From Eledone cirrhosa (taxonomy: Eukaryota), in assembly GCA_964016885.1 (NCBI GenBank), contig OZ024754.1:40548001-40612000 (forward strand): a stretch of 64,000 nucleotides of DNA, in the 5' to 3' direction. Each line of letters starts with the position of its first letter. Within the stretch, counting starts at the first letter, position 1. Positions 24,324 through 37,469 of this stretch are shown here, in pieces. The notes under the pieces were generated by a model. The model made no database searches. It saw nothing but the letters and a program-made list of their open reading frames with translations, and was not told the origin of the DNA. A program made the position numbers and the translations under genes.

Positions 24324-24793
24324 GAAGTTGATGGAAACCGCGGAGTGGGGAGACCCAAGATGACTTGGGATGAGGTGATAAAAGCCGACCTTACCCAACT
24401 ACACCTCTCAAAGTCAATGACACACGACCGTGACTTCTGGCGTCACGCAGTAATACAGGGTACCCGACCTCCCATGGGTACATGCTGAAGCATATAAACA
24501 ATATGCCCCCCCCCCCCACCGCAAGGTGGTCGTGGAGGTGCCACGGCAAAAAAGCACCCAGCCCACACTGTAAAGTGGACGTGTAGGCGCCACGAAAAAG
24601 CACCCAGCACTCACTGTAAATGAGGTTGGTGTTAGGAAGGGCATCCAGCTGTAGAAATCAAGCCAGATCAGTTCCTGTATGAGCAAGGCATGGTCAGCCG
24701 ACCAGACACTGCCCACAACAGGACAACCCGTCTAACCCATGCTAGCGTGGAAGAACGGACGTAAAACGGTGATGATGATGATGATGATGATGA
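24324..24793 (+). mobile_element. Non-autonomous RTE-derived element (EVDGNRGVGRPKMTWDEVIKADL + 3' tail + (GAT)n)
   Basis: RTE ORF2 C-terminal motif; near-identical copy at 51427-51835; diverged copies at 53380-53950, 28940-29145, 44190-44480(-). Confidence 0.8.
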
Positions 24794-24982
24794 TATATAT
24801 TATATCAATAATCTATTAGGATGTAGAAGAAGTAAGATGAAATGTCTTCAAGCTGTGAGACTTTAGATGAGAATTCCAAACAAATATTTTTAGTGTTGCT
24901 TCAACTATTTTGATACCAAACTGTCTGAAACTCTTTGGTTCTACAATATTAAACTGTTTATTTTATGTGTTTGTATTTTTAG

Positions 24983-25085
24983 AAGCTGGCTACCAGGTTC
25001 TGGAATCCATTTAATACGAATGGGATTTACAATGATACATTTGGTAGGAGAAGTAACCCCTGAACAATATTTAGAAATTTTTATG
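24983..25085 (+). CDS. TFB2M: TFB2M exon 9 (SWLPGSGIHLIRMGFTMIHLVGEVTPEQYLEIFM)
   Basis: ttttag / gtatgt, phase 2-0; WxPGxG motif of invertebrate mtTFB2. Confidence 0.88.
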
Positions 25086-26141
25086 GTATGTATTGTAGAA
25101 TTTGTAACTAGATCAGATTCCTGTTCATTTATATATATATTGGTATACCTTAACCCATTACTCTATATATACTATTGTGTTTTTGTGGTAAAAGTTTTAC
25201 CTCACATAATATCAAATCTATGAGATTGTGATATGTATTTTGAGATCAGTATGAGTGACCAGTTACAGAAAAAGGGGAGAGATTTGGCTGGTTTGAATGC
25301 TAAAGGGTTAACCCTTTTGATACCAAACCGCATGAAACTGCCCCTTGTTTTATGATACAATACCTTTTTTTTTTAGATTTAAACCTATCACCGGATTTTT
25401 ATGTAAGAACATTTTATGTATGAGAAATGGGCAAAAATCCAAACCCCGTTTATAAACTGAGGCAGCTAATCAACACATTAATTAGATGGCAAATATAAGT
25501 TGACCCTCGATTCCCCCCTCCCCATTTTACCATTGATTTTTTGGGTCATATATTCCTCTGCTAATGTTCAAGTATAAACGGTAAGTGATAAATGGTAACA
25601 CCTCTCACTATTTGGCAGGTTTTCTATGGCTGAATGACTTTCGTATGATCTTCCATCATAGTTTTACGTCAGGGTTGAGTGCAAAGCTGATTAAATTGAC
25701 CCTTGTGTAATGTTGGTATTTTCTGCTATCAATACTTGTAGGATTTAGAAGAATTGGATCTTAAACTAACGGAATACCATTGTATATCACTATCTACTCT
25801 TGAAAATCTACTTTTATTTACATATAAACACAACTTATATATATAAAAAATGTCTTTTTAATGGTCAAAACCAACTGGCAAGAGACCCAAGGATAGATCC
25901 TAAGCAAGATGGTTGGATAACATCCATGAGCTTGGCTGGTCTCGCTTGGGGATTCAGCTGGTCTCACTTAGAGACAGGACCTGCTGGAAGGAGTGTTTGA
26001 GGACTCTGTCCCCACAACCCTTTCAAAATAAGTGGGCATAGATGAAGAAAAAGATGTGAGAGAAGACATGCACATTGAATTTCATGTGAGAAGGGACACT
26101 GGAATTCCTTCATTGTATAGCAGTGGTTTTTAGTTGTGGGT

Positions 26142-26375
26142 TTAACCCTTTACCATTTACATTACTCTACTCTATATATACTATTGTATTTTCACAGTAA
26201 AGGCTTTATCTCACATGATTATCTCACATAATATCGAATCTACGAGATTTTGATATTGTTTATTTTGAGAACAATACCTTAACACCAGTATGAGTGGTAA
26301 GTTATGGCCAGTTTCAACAGAGAGAAGTGAGAGAATTCTGGCCAGTTACAGCCTGTTTAAATACTAAAGGGTTAA
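26142..26375 (-). mobile_element. piggyBac-type MITE copy
   Basis: TTAACCCTTT...AAAGGGTTAA; reverse complement of the 15408 copy. Confidence 0.78.
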
Positions 26376-26451
26376 GTGAAAAATTCCATTATGTCTGGCA
26401 TTATCTGAAGACATACCAGTGGCTTACAAAAATGATTTATTCTATTTTCAG

Positions 26452-26562
26452 GAATTACAGAACTGGCCAGAATATTCAGAATCAAGTCTGCAAGCAATTC
26501 TAACAAATACAGTTTCACAGTCAGAGAAAGAGGAAGCAACTGAAGAACCTCTCTCAACGTAA
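26452..26562 (+). CDS. TFB2M: TFB2M terminal exon (ELQNWPEYSESSL...EEPLST*)
   Basis: ttttcag acceptor; WPEY motif; TAA at 26560-26562. Confidence 0.85.
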   Translation, partial: ELQNWPEYSESSLQAILTNTVSQSEKEEATEEPLST

Positions 26563-27499
26563 TACGGCTACAATACTGATTCCAACAATTAATGGTACGG
26601 CACCATGTCACCTCTTTTAATTCAGACATCACTGAATTTGCTGTGATCCACCAATCATATATTAACTGGGTGGCAACAGAGGGCACTGTGTGTCATTTGT
26701 ATTGACCCCGTAAGGATGAAAGGCAAAGCTAACCTTGGCGGGATTTGAACTCAAATAATAATAATAATAATAATTTCTACTATAGGCACAAGGCCAGCAA
26801 TTTTGGGGAAGGGGAAAGTCGATTAAATCGACCCCAGTACATTACTAGTGCTTTATTTTATCGACCCCGTAAGGATGAAAGGCAAAGTCAACCTCGGCGG
26901 GATTTGAACTCAGATCGTTAATAATAATAATAATAATAATTTCATTTATTGGCCACAAGGGCTGACATATCTAAATATCGGCAACTGTTGAAGCTCCAAT
27001 GAGTTGTGGAAACTGTTCTCCTATTTTACATAGAATCATCCCTAGTTATGGCTGCCAAACACAGTCTAAGTGTCAAAACAATTACACTTTTATATTCTAA
27101 TAGTTAAGGTGTCTAACCCATACTAGCTTGGAAAAATGGATGTTAAATGATGATAATGATGATGGAGTAGGGAGAGTGTTTCTACCTTCATACAAAGGTG
27201 TGTTGGTTTTGTAGTAAAAACATTGTAAACAAGACAGCAGTTCTCTAAATATTTACACTGACTTATTACATGACCTTCTTTTAGTCCAGCAAAAGAGATA
27301 ATTCAGCACAAGTTTGGAATCAAAGGGGTTGGAAAATATGTTGAAATATATTGTGTAAAAAAAACATTACTTTCTCTTGTTTGTCATTCTTTGTCTTTTA
27401 TATTCCTACCTCATTGTAGCAGCTTTCTGAAGTCCTCGTCAGTCAATATGTATATATTTAGTGGGACTTTTTATCTTAGACACACTATGTAAGAAATTC

Positions 27500-28698
27500 C
27501 CTGACTTCCATACGGATCTATACTATGACAATGGTCTGGTACTATCAAGCCATAAAATGGCCATGACCTGACCATGTTTAGGAAAAAATCTGATAACTAC
27601 CTTTAACAACCTAGGACTAAAAATGTCCATCTCTACCAACTTCACAAATGTTAACTTAGATCTACAGATCCTTAAGGACTCTAACCATCCCACTGTAGTC
27701 TTTAAAAATCTCATTAATAATATCAGAAAGAGGATATCAAACCTCCATTCTAGCAAAGCTATCTTCAACAGGGCAACCCCTACTACAAATCAGCCTTAAA
27801 TAACAGCGGTTTCTCTGATCACCACCCTATATCTAGCAAGAGAAAATCTGGACATAAAGCCGCTGTATGGTCCATGCCATGCTCAATGTTAAGACTAATG
27901 CAGGTAAAACATTCCTAACACTTCTCTGTAGGCAATAAATACCAGCAAATATTCAACCGCCACAGTGAAAATAGGCGACTCTTGTCACAAAAACATAAAA
28001 TCCCACATCACCAACAAATGCAAAAGCCTTCCACCTTATGAATGCTCATGCAGAAGGGTAGAGGCATGGCCCAATAGGGCAGTGGTGATCCAACTAGAAC
28101 CACCAAACAGAAGCTTAGAGTTATGTAGGAATGTCTGAGAGCCGGTTCCTGAACCGCAAAACAACCTTCAGATATCTTGACAAAAAACATACCACTCAGC
28201 TCACAAAAAATGTATGGAACTTCAAAGATAATGGCACAGCATTCTCCATTAAATGAAGGATACTAGAAAGGTCCACTCCCTAAATCACTGGAGCAAAATT
28301 CTGTCAGCTGTGTAGCTTGGATAATTGGAATATACTCTCCAAGGAAATACTTCTTAAATATGTGGCTCAACTGTTTAAATCGTTTTTGATAGAGTTACCT
28401 CCCTTGTCCTTTACAAAATTTTAAGTTATTGGTCAAATTATATGAAACAGTCCTGAAGTCATTTCTACAGTAAAATGACTTGAGTGCCATTCAGAGTCGC
28501 TGCAAGAATAACACTGAATTGGCAGGCCTTCACAGAATCAAGACTATTCTCTGTTTGTGTTTTCTGTAATCCTGTTATTGATTAGCTAATTTTTGCAATA
28601 TACACCTGATGACTCCACCAAAGTCGTGATCTGATGTAATTAGACCACAGAAATATGTTATATAAGGAAAAAGGTAATAAAAGAAAACGCACCTTGTA
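27500..28698 (+). mobile_element. Degenerate Penelope-like element (RT C-terminus + GIY-YIG region + 3' terminus)
   Basis: frameshifted peptides SNHPTVVFKNLINNIRKRISNL, YYKSALNNSGF, LNVKTNAGKTFLTLL, VWNFKDNGTAFSIK*RILERSTP*ITGAKFCQLC; CTGATGA..GAAA..AATAAA at 28606-28681; ends in (TA)n. Confidence 0.7.
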
Positions 28699-29848
28699 TA
28701 TATATATATATATATATATAAAATTGTATCCCTTACTTTAGCAAGGACAGAAGTGACCCAAACCACACAGTCGAAAAACAATGAAAGTACAACTCAAAAA
28801 GGTGTTTATGAAAATGTAAAGAGAAAGCTTGCTAAACACCAACTTTCTGTACATGTTATAAAGTCCCCTTATTTTTATATATATATACATACAACGCGTG
28901 TTTCCTTTTATTATCATTTTCCTTATATATAATGGTGTAGGCACCACGGTAAAAAAGCACCCAGCACTCACTGTAAATGAGGTTGGTGTTAGGAAGGGCA
29001 TCCAGCTGTAGAACTCAAGCCAGAATCAGTTCTGTATGAGCAAGACATGGTCACCTGGCCTGGCATTGCCCACAACAGGACAACCAGTCTAACCCATGCT
29101 AGCATGGAAGAATGGACGTAAAACAGTGATGAGGATGATGATGATAATCATCACATTTGTTTTTTCTGCTAGCAGGGGTTTGGTAGAGCTACAGACCTCT
29201 TAGATAAGTCGGAGGGCCGCATTTCACTTTCATATGATCTCATGCTCTACGAAGTGTATTTTATGATGGCACCAGTACTAGGGAGGTTGTCATGTCTTTG
29301 GCACAGCTGTCCTCCTGACCCATAGTTTCACAGGTCTTCTTTCTATGGCTGGATGTTCTTCGTATCAGCAACCACTTCACAGAGTGTACTTGGTGTCTGA
29401 ATGAGTTTATCAGATGAATTGTATGGGAGAAAAAGAAAAGTCCTTCACTTTGATTTTTAAAAAAAATATAACCAAGGTTTATAAACGATTAGAATTTTTT
29501 TAGAAGAATTATTATCAGTTATAATATTGGCAGAATCACTGGAGCATCACACAAGAATAATAAGCCAAACAACAATATAACACGCACACACATATATATA
29601 TATATATACATATATATATATGCATATACTCTTTTATTTTTTTTTTTTAGTGATTTCAATCATTGAAATGTCTTTTGTGGGACCTGCTTATGAGGGTTTT
29701 AAAAAATTATATTGTCCTCAATATATAGTGTTTTGTTAGTTATTTTATCAAATGGTCCAAGTTCTCTGTTAGAGAATTACCTCCCTTCTGTGACGCAAAT
29801 ACCTCAAGGTATTTACACTGGTATAAACACATGCACAGAAACACATAT

Positions 29849-29888
<40 letters not shown>

Positions 29889-30207
29889 AGGCATTGATCA
29901 GCTCGAGGCTATGGTAGAAGACACTTGCCAAAGGTATTACCCACAATGAGGGTAGAACCTGAAACCAGTGGTTGCAAAATGAACTTCTTAACGACACTGT
30001 GATCATATATCTTGATTTTATATATAAATGACTTCTACAGGACTAGAACTGTTTCATTCGTATGAAATCATTAAGAAAGCTCTAGTCCTATAGGACTTAT
30101 TTTTATATAAAATAAAGATGCCTACACTCTACCAATGTATTGAGCACCTTTTTTAAGTGTGGTCACCTCCCAATATCATCGGGAGGTGACCACCCATTAC
30201 ACACACA

Positions 30208-30259
<52 letters not shown>

Positions 30260-30594
30260 TATAAACTTGAATTCACAGATTTTATAAATACTGTAACACT
30301 ATGAATGTATGTAGATACAAGAAGCAGGATATATTTGCAAATTGAAGTATGTAGATATGTACAAAACCTTACACACCCATACTCGTGCGTGTACACCCAC
30401 AAACACATACACATACACACACACACACACTTCCCTAGAAACATACATTTGTAAATATGGTGTACATATATATATGTATAGTTTATTTGGAATAATACTA
30501 AAGTTTTAGATTGTTGCTCTTGCTGTACTGAAGATGCGACAGCTTTTCATTGCATAGATCAACTGATGATCCCTGCTGAGTATCTGCTTCATAG

Positions 30595-31179
30595 TTAGGT
30601 TGAAGTAGGAGGTAGAAGTTCTGCGTAATAGGAAGGTCTATCAATTCCAAGAATTGAGAAAACCATCGGTATACCATAAGTTACGTTAATGGCGACAATC
30701 AAAAATGGCAAAAAACTATCAGTCAGCTCATAAATTTGCATCCTTTTGATCTTTGGGTCTTTTATATTAATTCCAAATATATGTTTGCAAACATTTCGGA
30801 TTATCATCCGCAGAAGTTCCGCCGTAATCAACATAATAGGGACACCTATGATCAACCTTATAAAACATAAAATCACTGAGGTGAGTGTTGGTATTTCCAG
30901 TGGCACTGGAATTGGATAACTGGATGTTGCAAAACCATGTTGGTATGACAGCCACGAGCCAACAGAAATACCAGCACCAACACCAATAAGTAAGGTTGTA
31001 TCCCTGCGTGCTGTGTTCCACTTGTCCACCGGTGGATATAGTAAGCAGAGTAGGAACGGTACCCCTATAGTAAAGAAGGGAGCGACAGGATGTGTTACTG
31101 AAAAATGATCCAAAACTTGAAGATATGGGTAGATTAGCGGCAGAATTATGCAGACATATAGAACTCCAACAATAATATC
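30595..31179 (-). CDS. SGPP1: SGPP exon 3 (DIIVGVLYV...ELLPPTST*)
   Basis: ttcttttccag acceptor; WNTARRDTTLLIGVGAG motif; TM segments; TAA at 30595; candidate AATAAA at 30482-30487. Confidence 0.92.
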   Translation of the reverse strand, partial: DIIVGVLYVCIILPLIYPYLQVLDHFSVTHPVAPFFTIGVPFLLCLLYPPVDKWNTARRDTTLLIGVGAGISVGSWLSYQHGFATSSYPIPVPLEIPTLTSVILCFIRLIIGVPIMLITAELLRMIIRNVCKHIFGINIKDPKIKRMQIYELTDSFLPFLIVAINVTYGIPMVFSILGIDRPSYYAELLPPTST

Positions 31180-33216
31180 CTGGAAAAGAAAGCAGAAAAA
31201 AAATTATCGGAAAAGTGTAAAATTACTCCGCAGCAAATTTTATATTTTTTTAACTGAAATCTTTGGGAATTTCTTTTCATGTAAAAATTGATTCAGCTCT
31301 TTTAACCCTTTAGCATTCACATTACTCTATATATACTATTATATTTTCATGGTAAAGGCATTACTTCGCATAATATCTCACATAATATCGAATCTATGAG
31401 ATTTTGAAAACAATACCTTAACATCAGTTTGAGCGACCAGTTACAGCCAGTTTCAACAGAAAGAGGTAGAGAATTCTGGACGGTTTGAACATTAAAGGGT
31501 TAATACAAAACTACTGGAAATATCTCCTTGTTCTATAACACAAAGCTGTTTATTTGAAAATGTTCATATTTATATCTAAAAGTAATACGACAGAGTGATT
31601 ATGGTGTCAAATTAAAAATATTTCAGTATTTGTTCTGGCCCACTATGCTCTGGTGACAAATTGGCAGCATCATTAGAATGTCAACTAGAATATTTTGGGG
31701 TATTTGTTCCAGTTCTCTGATCTCTGATTTCAAATCCTGCCAAGGTCAACTTTGACTTTCATCCATCTGAGGTTGAAAAAAGAAGTACCAGTCTAGTTCT
31801 GGGGTCGAATCATCCACTTTATCTCCTTTTTACTTCCTCTCTCTCTCTTTCTTTGGAAGAAACCTGCTGGGTTCAGACCTAGGTTCAGACCAGGGTTTTC
31901 AAAAAAAAAGCCCAACAAAAGCCATATGGCACTACAGTGCCCCCACGACTACATCAGGAGCACTATGCTCTGAGCTCAAATCCTGCCAAAGTCAACTACG
32001 CCTAACACCCTTTTAACATCAATAAATGAAGAACCAATTCTTTCCGTCTTTCTCTGGAAGAAATCGGTTGGTTCTGACCTGCAAATGTGTGGGCCTCACC
32101 AGCTTTAAAAAGCCCAAGACATGCTATCAAAACAGTGCCCCTATCACTTCCTCAAGAGTTAAGGGTTCTTTTGTTGTCTGCTGTATTCAAAGGTTAACCT
32201 TCCATCATAATTTTATGTAAGAACCTTTAAGTTATGTTCCAAACAGTGGCTTAATAGTGAGAAAGTTAGTTGTATAACTAAATCCCTCCAAATTCTTGAT
32301 TATTTTCGAAATTAATTTGGTATTCTAGGCAGTGCCTTTCATTAGAAATACGGTTGGCTAAAGGATACAGCTTTCTAGATAGCCAAATAATGTGTAGTAG
32401 ATTACAAATATAGATCTGGAGTTATCATACTTACAAAGATCAAATTCACTCCTTATTTCACACCTCAACTCCATTTTTAATCAATTTGGACTTTGGAGTT
32501 ATCTCCCTTCCCTTTCTTAATAAGAATTATCATTAATGCTAATCATTTTTCTTTTCATTAGGGATGTAATTTTGATTTTTTTAAATGTTTGGTTCCATAC
32601 ATTAAGCATGTTATCCCATACTTAACTAAATATATATAACAAAGAAAGTGAGGTAAGAGACGGAGCTCAGCCGTTGGGGGTCCTGACTCTTTTCCTATAT
32701 ATATATATATATATATCATTTTTTCATTTCATTTCATTTTACATCCGCTTTTCCCTGCTAGCAAGGGTGGGATGGGAACTGATTCTGGCTTGATTTCTAC
32801 AGCTGGATGCCCTTCCTAACACCAACCTCATTTACAGTAAGTGCTGGGTGCTTTTTTGCCATGGCACCTCCACAACCACTTTGCAATGGAATGATAGGGA
32901 CCCCAGTCCCTATCATCTCATTTCTACAGCTGAGTAAACTGGAGCAATGTGAAATAAAGTGTCTTGGTCAAGGAAACAACACATCACCCGGTCTGAGAAT
33001 TGAATTCACAACCTTTCGATTGCAAGGCCAATGCTCTAACCGCTAAGCCATGTGCTTTTTTACCGTGGCGCCTACACGACCACTTTAGAGTGTGGACTGG
33101 GCGCTTTTTTGTCGTGACACCTCCATATTGTCTATATGCTTCGGTTAGTTGCCGTGGGAAGTCGGGTTTTCTGTATTACTCCATGACGCCAGAGGTCACG
33201 TTCCTGTCTCATCACC

Positions 33217-33247
<31 letters not shown>

Positions 33248-33308
33248 CGTGTGTTTGTATGAGTGTGTGTGTGTGAAGAATATGAAAGAAAAATAAATGT
33301 ATACACAC

Positions 33309-33398
33309 CAAAACTGAATGCATTCCCAGGTAAATCCTGCTAAGTGATATTAATGTAGTCCAGGCTATAGCAAACATCAGGCCAATATTAAATGGAAA
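33309..33398 (-). CDS. SGPP1: SGPP exon 2 (FPFNIGLMFAIAWTTLISLSRIYLGMHSVL)
   Basis: cttttgacag acceptor, TTG|gtgtgt donor, 90 nt; C3 catalytic motif SRxYxGMH. Confidence 0.92.
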
Positions 33399-33759
33399 CT
33401 GTCAAAAGAAAAAACAAATATACATGTACAGATATGTATGTATATATATATATATATATACTTGGATATAAGCTAACTCCTTCTTGAAATCATATATATA
33501 TATATACATACATACACACGCACACATTATCATCATCATCATTTTACATCCACTTTTCCTTGCTTGCAAGGGTTGGACGGGTCCTATTCAGCACAGCATC
33601 TCTCCATTTGTCACGGTCCCTCATCATCTCCTCGGTGAGTTTCAGCGATCTGAGGTCAGCTCTCACCACCTCCACCCATGTTTTTCGTGGTCTTCCTCTA
33701 CTGCGTCTTCCCTCCACTTGGACTTCCTGGTACTTCTTCACCCATATACATATATATAC

Positions 33760-33804
<45 letters not shown>

Positions 33805-33858
33805 AATATTACCATATATATATATATATAAATATTACCATATATATATATATCTATA

Positions 33859-34381
33859 TCTATATATATAAAGCTGTGGTTGTCTGTCTGTCTATCGATT
33901 TTTGGCACACATCTCTTAGAATCTCTGACGGAATTGCACCGAAATTGCTATACTTGTACATTGAGCCCTAGCGAAGACATCGGAAAAAAAATATTTCAAA
34001 TTGACCCACCCTATGTGACGAAATCGAATCTAATGTATCGATTTTTGAGCGTAAGTGACGAGTTATTTCCCTTTGTTCTATTTACATTGAGCGTCTTACG
34101 TTGTTTTTCTCTGCGTTTCAGTGTTTACATTTTCGATCTTTGTTAATAAATAACCAGTGCAGTTTTTATCCCCAGCATCCTCTTTTGTTATAACATTCGG
34201 GTTATCGTTATGTTTTCTTAACTTCATAAGGCATATTGTTGGTTGAGGGAATATTAATCAAAAACACCACATGCAAGTCTGCACAGTAGACACTACAGTT
34301 TTTAAGCCAAAAAAGAAACTTAACATTGTAACTTTAACACAGCTACTGAGCGACCCCGAGCAACGCCGGGCTTTACTGCTA

Positions 34382-34382
<1 letters not shown>
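33859..34382 (+). mobile_element. Non-autonomous Helitron
   Basis: 5' TCTATATATATAAAG, 3' hairpin CCCGAGCAACGCCGGG then CTAG|T; no TSD; the same AATATTACC(AT)n microsatellite lies on both sides. Confidence 0.75.
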
Positions 34383-34432
<50 letters not shown>

Positions 34433-34435
34433 TTA

Positions 34436-34484
<49 letters not shown>

Positions 34485-34487
34485 TTA

Positions 34488-34534
<47 letters not shown>

Positions 34535-34540
34535 TTACCA

Positions 34541-34582
<42 letters not shown>

Positions 34583-35009
34583 TTACCATATTTATATATA
34601 TATATATAAATATTACCATATTTATATATATATATATAAATATTACCATATATATATATATAAATATTACCATATATATATATATAAATATTACCACATA
34701 TATATATATAAATATTACCATATATATATATATAAATATTACCATATATATATATATAAATATTACCATATATATATATATACACACACACACATATACA
34801 TACACACATACATATATATATATATGAAACTTTAGTAACAGAAAAAACAAGCATCTTGATTAACCCTTCCATTCAAATATTTCTAATGAAAGAAACTGAC
34901 TATGATCTTCAAATAATTTTGAAAACAATCAAGAATTTTAAGGAATTTAGTAACAAGAGGGTGTTTGGAGCATAACTTAAAGCCTTTTACATAAAATTGG
35001 GATGGAATG

Positions 35010-35250
35010 ATTTTAGATAAATATAGACACTTTAAAACCAACAGTTTTGAAGTGTAGAAGAGGGATGGTTTCCAGATAAATATAGACACTTTAAAACCAA
35101 CAGTTTTGAAGTGTAGAAGAGGGATGGTTTCCAGATAAATACAGACACTTTAAAACCAACAGTTTTGAAGTGTAGAAGAAGGGACGGTTTCCAGATAAAT
35201 ATAGACACTTTGACATAGTTTTGAAGAGTAGAAGCAGGGACGGTTACAAG
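35010..35250. repeat. 59-bp tandem repeat, ~4 copies
   Basis: AGATAAATATAGACACTTTAAAACCAACAGTTTTGAAG recurring. Confidence 0.85.
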
Positions 35251-37254
35251 CAATTTGGCATAAAAAGGGTTAAATCACTACATTTTCTCATTTAGGAAAA
35301 GCTCTTGTACCAACTATACATCATCATTAATGGGACATCTCTATGTTTTTATACAGGTTAGCTTCTAGATTTACCATTTTGATCAATTAATTGATTACCA
35401 GCTCTCCTCTTCATACATAATGTATAAATCTATATTTTATATAGATTTATACATTATGTATGAAGATCCTATGTATGAAGATCCTATCAATGAAATATTA
35501 GTATAAACTAATGTTGTTGTTCAATATTTATTTCACAGTATGTCACAGTAATTGTTCTCTGTCATTAATTTCTCCTTCAGAACTTTCAGAATATATTTTA
35601 CTGGTACTTTATTTTATCGACTTCCCTTCCTATCCCCAACCACATCACAGGAGTGTACATGGTGATCGTTTATCATGTGAATTATTATTTAAAACAAAAC
35701 CAAACAAACTATAATACAAATAAATTGTTTTGTGGACTGCTGTTTGATCTATCTATGAAACTTCTTTGAACAATCTGTGGAATGGATGATATATCCTGAG
35801 GAAGGAAATTCCATTCCTTATTCAGCTGAGTGTTCTCTATTATAACCCATACATTTGTAATGAAGGAGGCCATGATATAAATGTAGTTTTTCTTTCACTG
35901 GAAGTCGTGGTAGAGATAGACCAAGAAAGACGTAGGCAGATATGGTGAAATCACTGAGACTCACAGAGGAGATGACAAAGGATTGTGATGTGTGGAGAGA
36001 TGCTGTGCTGAGAGGGACCCATCCAACCCATGCAAGCATGGAAAAGTGAACATAAAAACAATGATGATGATGATTATGTCCATTATATAGAGAATGACTG
36101 TTAATCAGTAACCTTTTTCATACCAAACTGCCTGATATGGTTCTAAGTTATTTGTTTTAATATCATTATCATCATCATCATCATCATAGTTTAACCCTTT
36201 AACATTTACATTACTCTATATTTACAATTGTATTTTCGTGGTAAAGGCTTTATCTTACATAATTATCTCACATAGTATCGAATCTATGAGATTTTGATAT
36301 CTACTTTGAGAACAATACCTTAACATCAGTATAAGTGGCTGGTTACAGCCAGTTTGATCAGAAAGAAGTAAGAGAATTCTGGCTGGATACAGCCGGTTTA
36401 AATGCTAAAGGGTTAATGTCCATTTTTCCACACTGGCATAGGTTAGACGAGTTGTCCTGTTGTGAGAAATGTCATGGTCAGGTGACCATATCTTCAGAAC
36501 TGACTCTGGCTTGGTTTCTACAGACGAATGCCCTTCCTAACACCAACCACATTTACAGTGTATATATTCATATTATTTGTAACATTGGTTTTCAGCAAAC
36601 ATATAAATATAAATTTACTGTTATTTATTCTATAGTAGAAATCTACTGTAACTATGTAGACACCGTTAACAACATTCCAGACAGATAGATATGATGTATA
36701 TGAAAGATATTGTTTGTCAACTGCTGGGACTTGGATAAAGATATCTTCTGTCAACACTTTCCTTCCATTTCCAGATTATTTTAGGTAATAGTTTAAACAT
36801 TTCACAAAGAATAAATCACACCATGGAATGAACCAGAACCTCTATTGGTTTACATCATAAATATTACAGTTGTTTGATCAATGGGACAACCAACTCCCTC
36901 AAAATTGTCGGCCTTGTACCTAAATCAGAAATGTTTATTATTATCTTTGAAATGTTGGCAGATCTTCTACAGAATTTAAACTTTGGAACCTCAGGTTATA
37001 ACAAATGAACAGAGGTTTCAAATTTAAGTCTCTAAGATTTTCTCAAAACTCAAAATTCTTGCTGTTTCTAACAGGGCTGTCTTTTGTAATGTGTATGTTT
37101 TTATTTCTATTCTGAGGTTCCCAAACTAATCCCCTAATTTCCTTGACACCGTTCCAAGTCTTCCAACTACTACAGACAATATTTCTATCTTTGTCCCACC
37201 TGCTGGCCTCCCCACAGTCCCGGCGGACAATGGAGAAGGTAAATGTTCAGCTAT

Positions 37255-37450
37255 CTTGTTGACAATTACTATGTCTGACTTCCTTGCTTCAATCATATTG
37301 TCACATTATATCATATAATCCCACAATATTTAAACCATATAATGCCACTCTTTGGGGTATGTTCATACCATTTATTAATTCTCTCCAGGCAAACCTTCTC
37401 ACAAAACTTCCAGTGAACCATGTGTGTCATATTGTCATGCCTTCTCTTAA
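37255..37450 (-). mobile_element. R4/Dong-type LINE RLE-domain fragment
   Basis: KRRHDNMTHMVHWKFCEK..KWYEHTPKS..ILWDYMI*CDNMIEARKSDIVIVNK. Confidence 0.7.
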
Positions 37451-37469
37451 AAATGATAATAATAATGAA

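Noticed and set aside
34258-34872. IY/YI-rich and CV/HT-rich ORFs here and at 10449, 22212-22666, 57299, 60121 and 63142-63993
   Set aside because: Translations of (AT)n and (GT)n microsatellites
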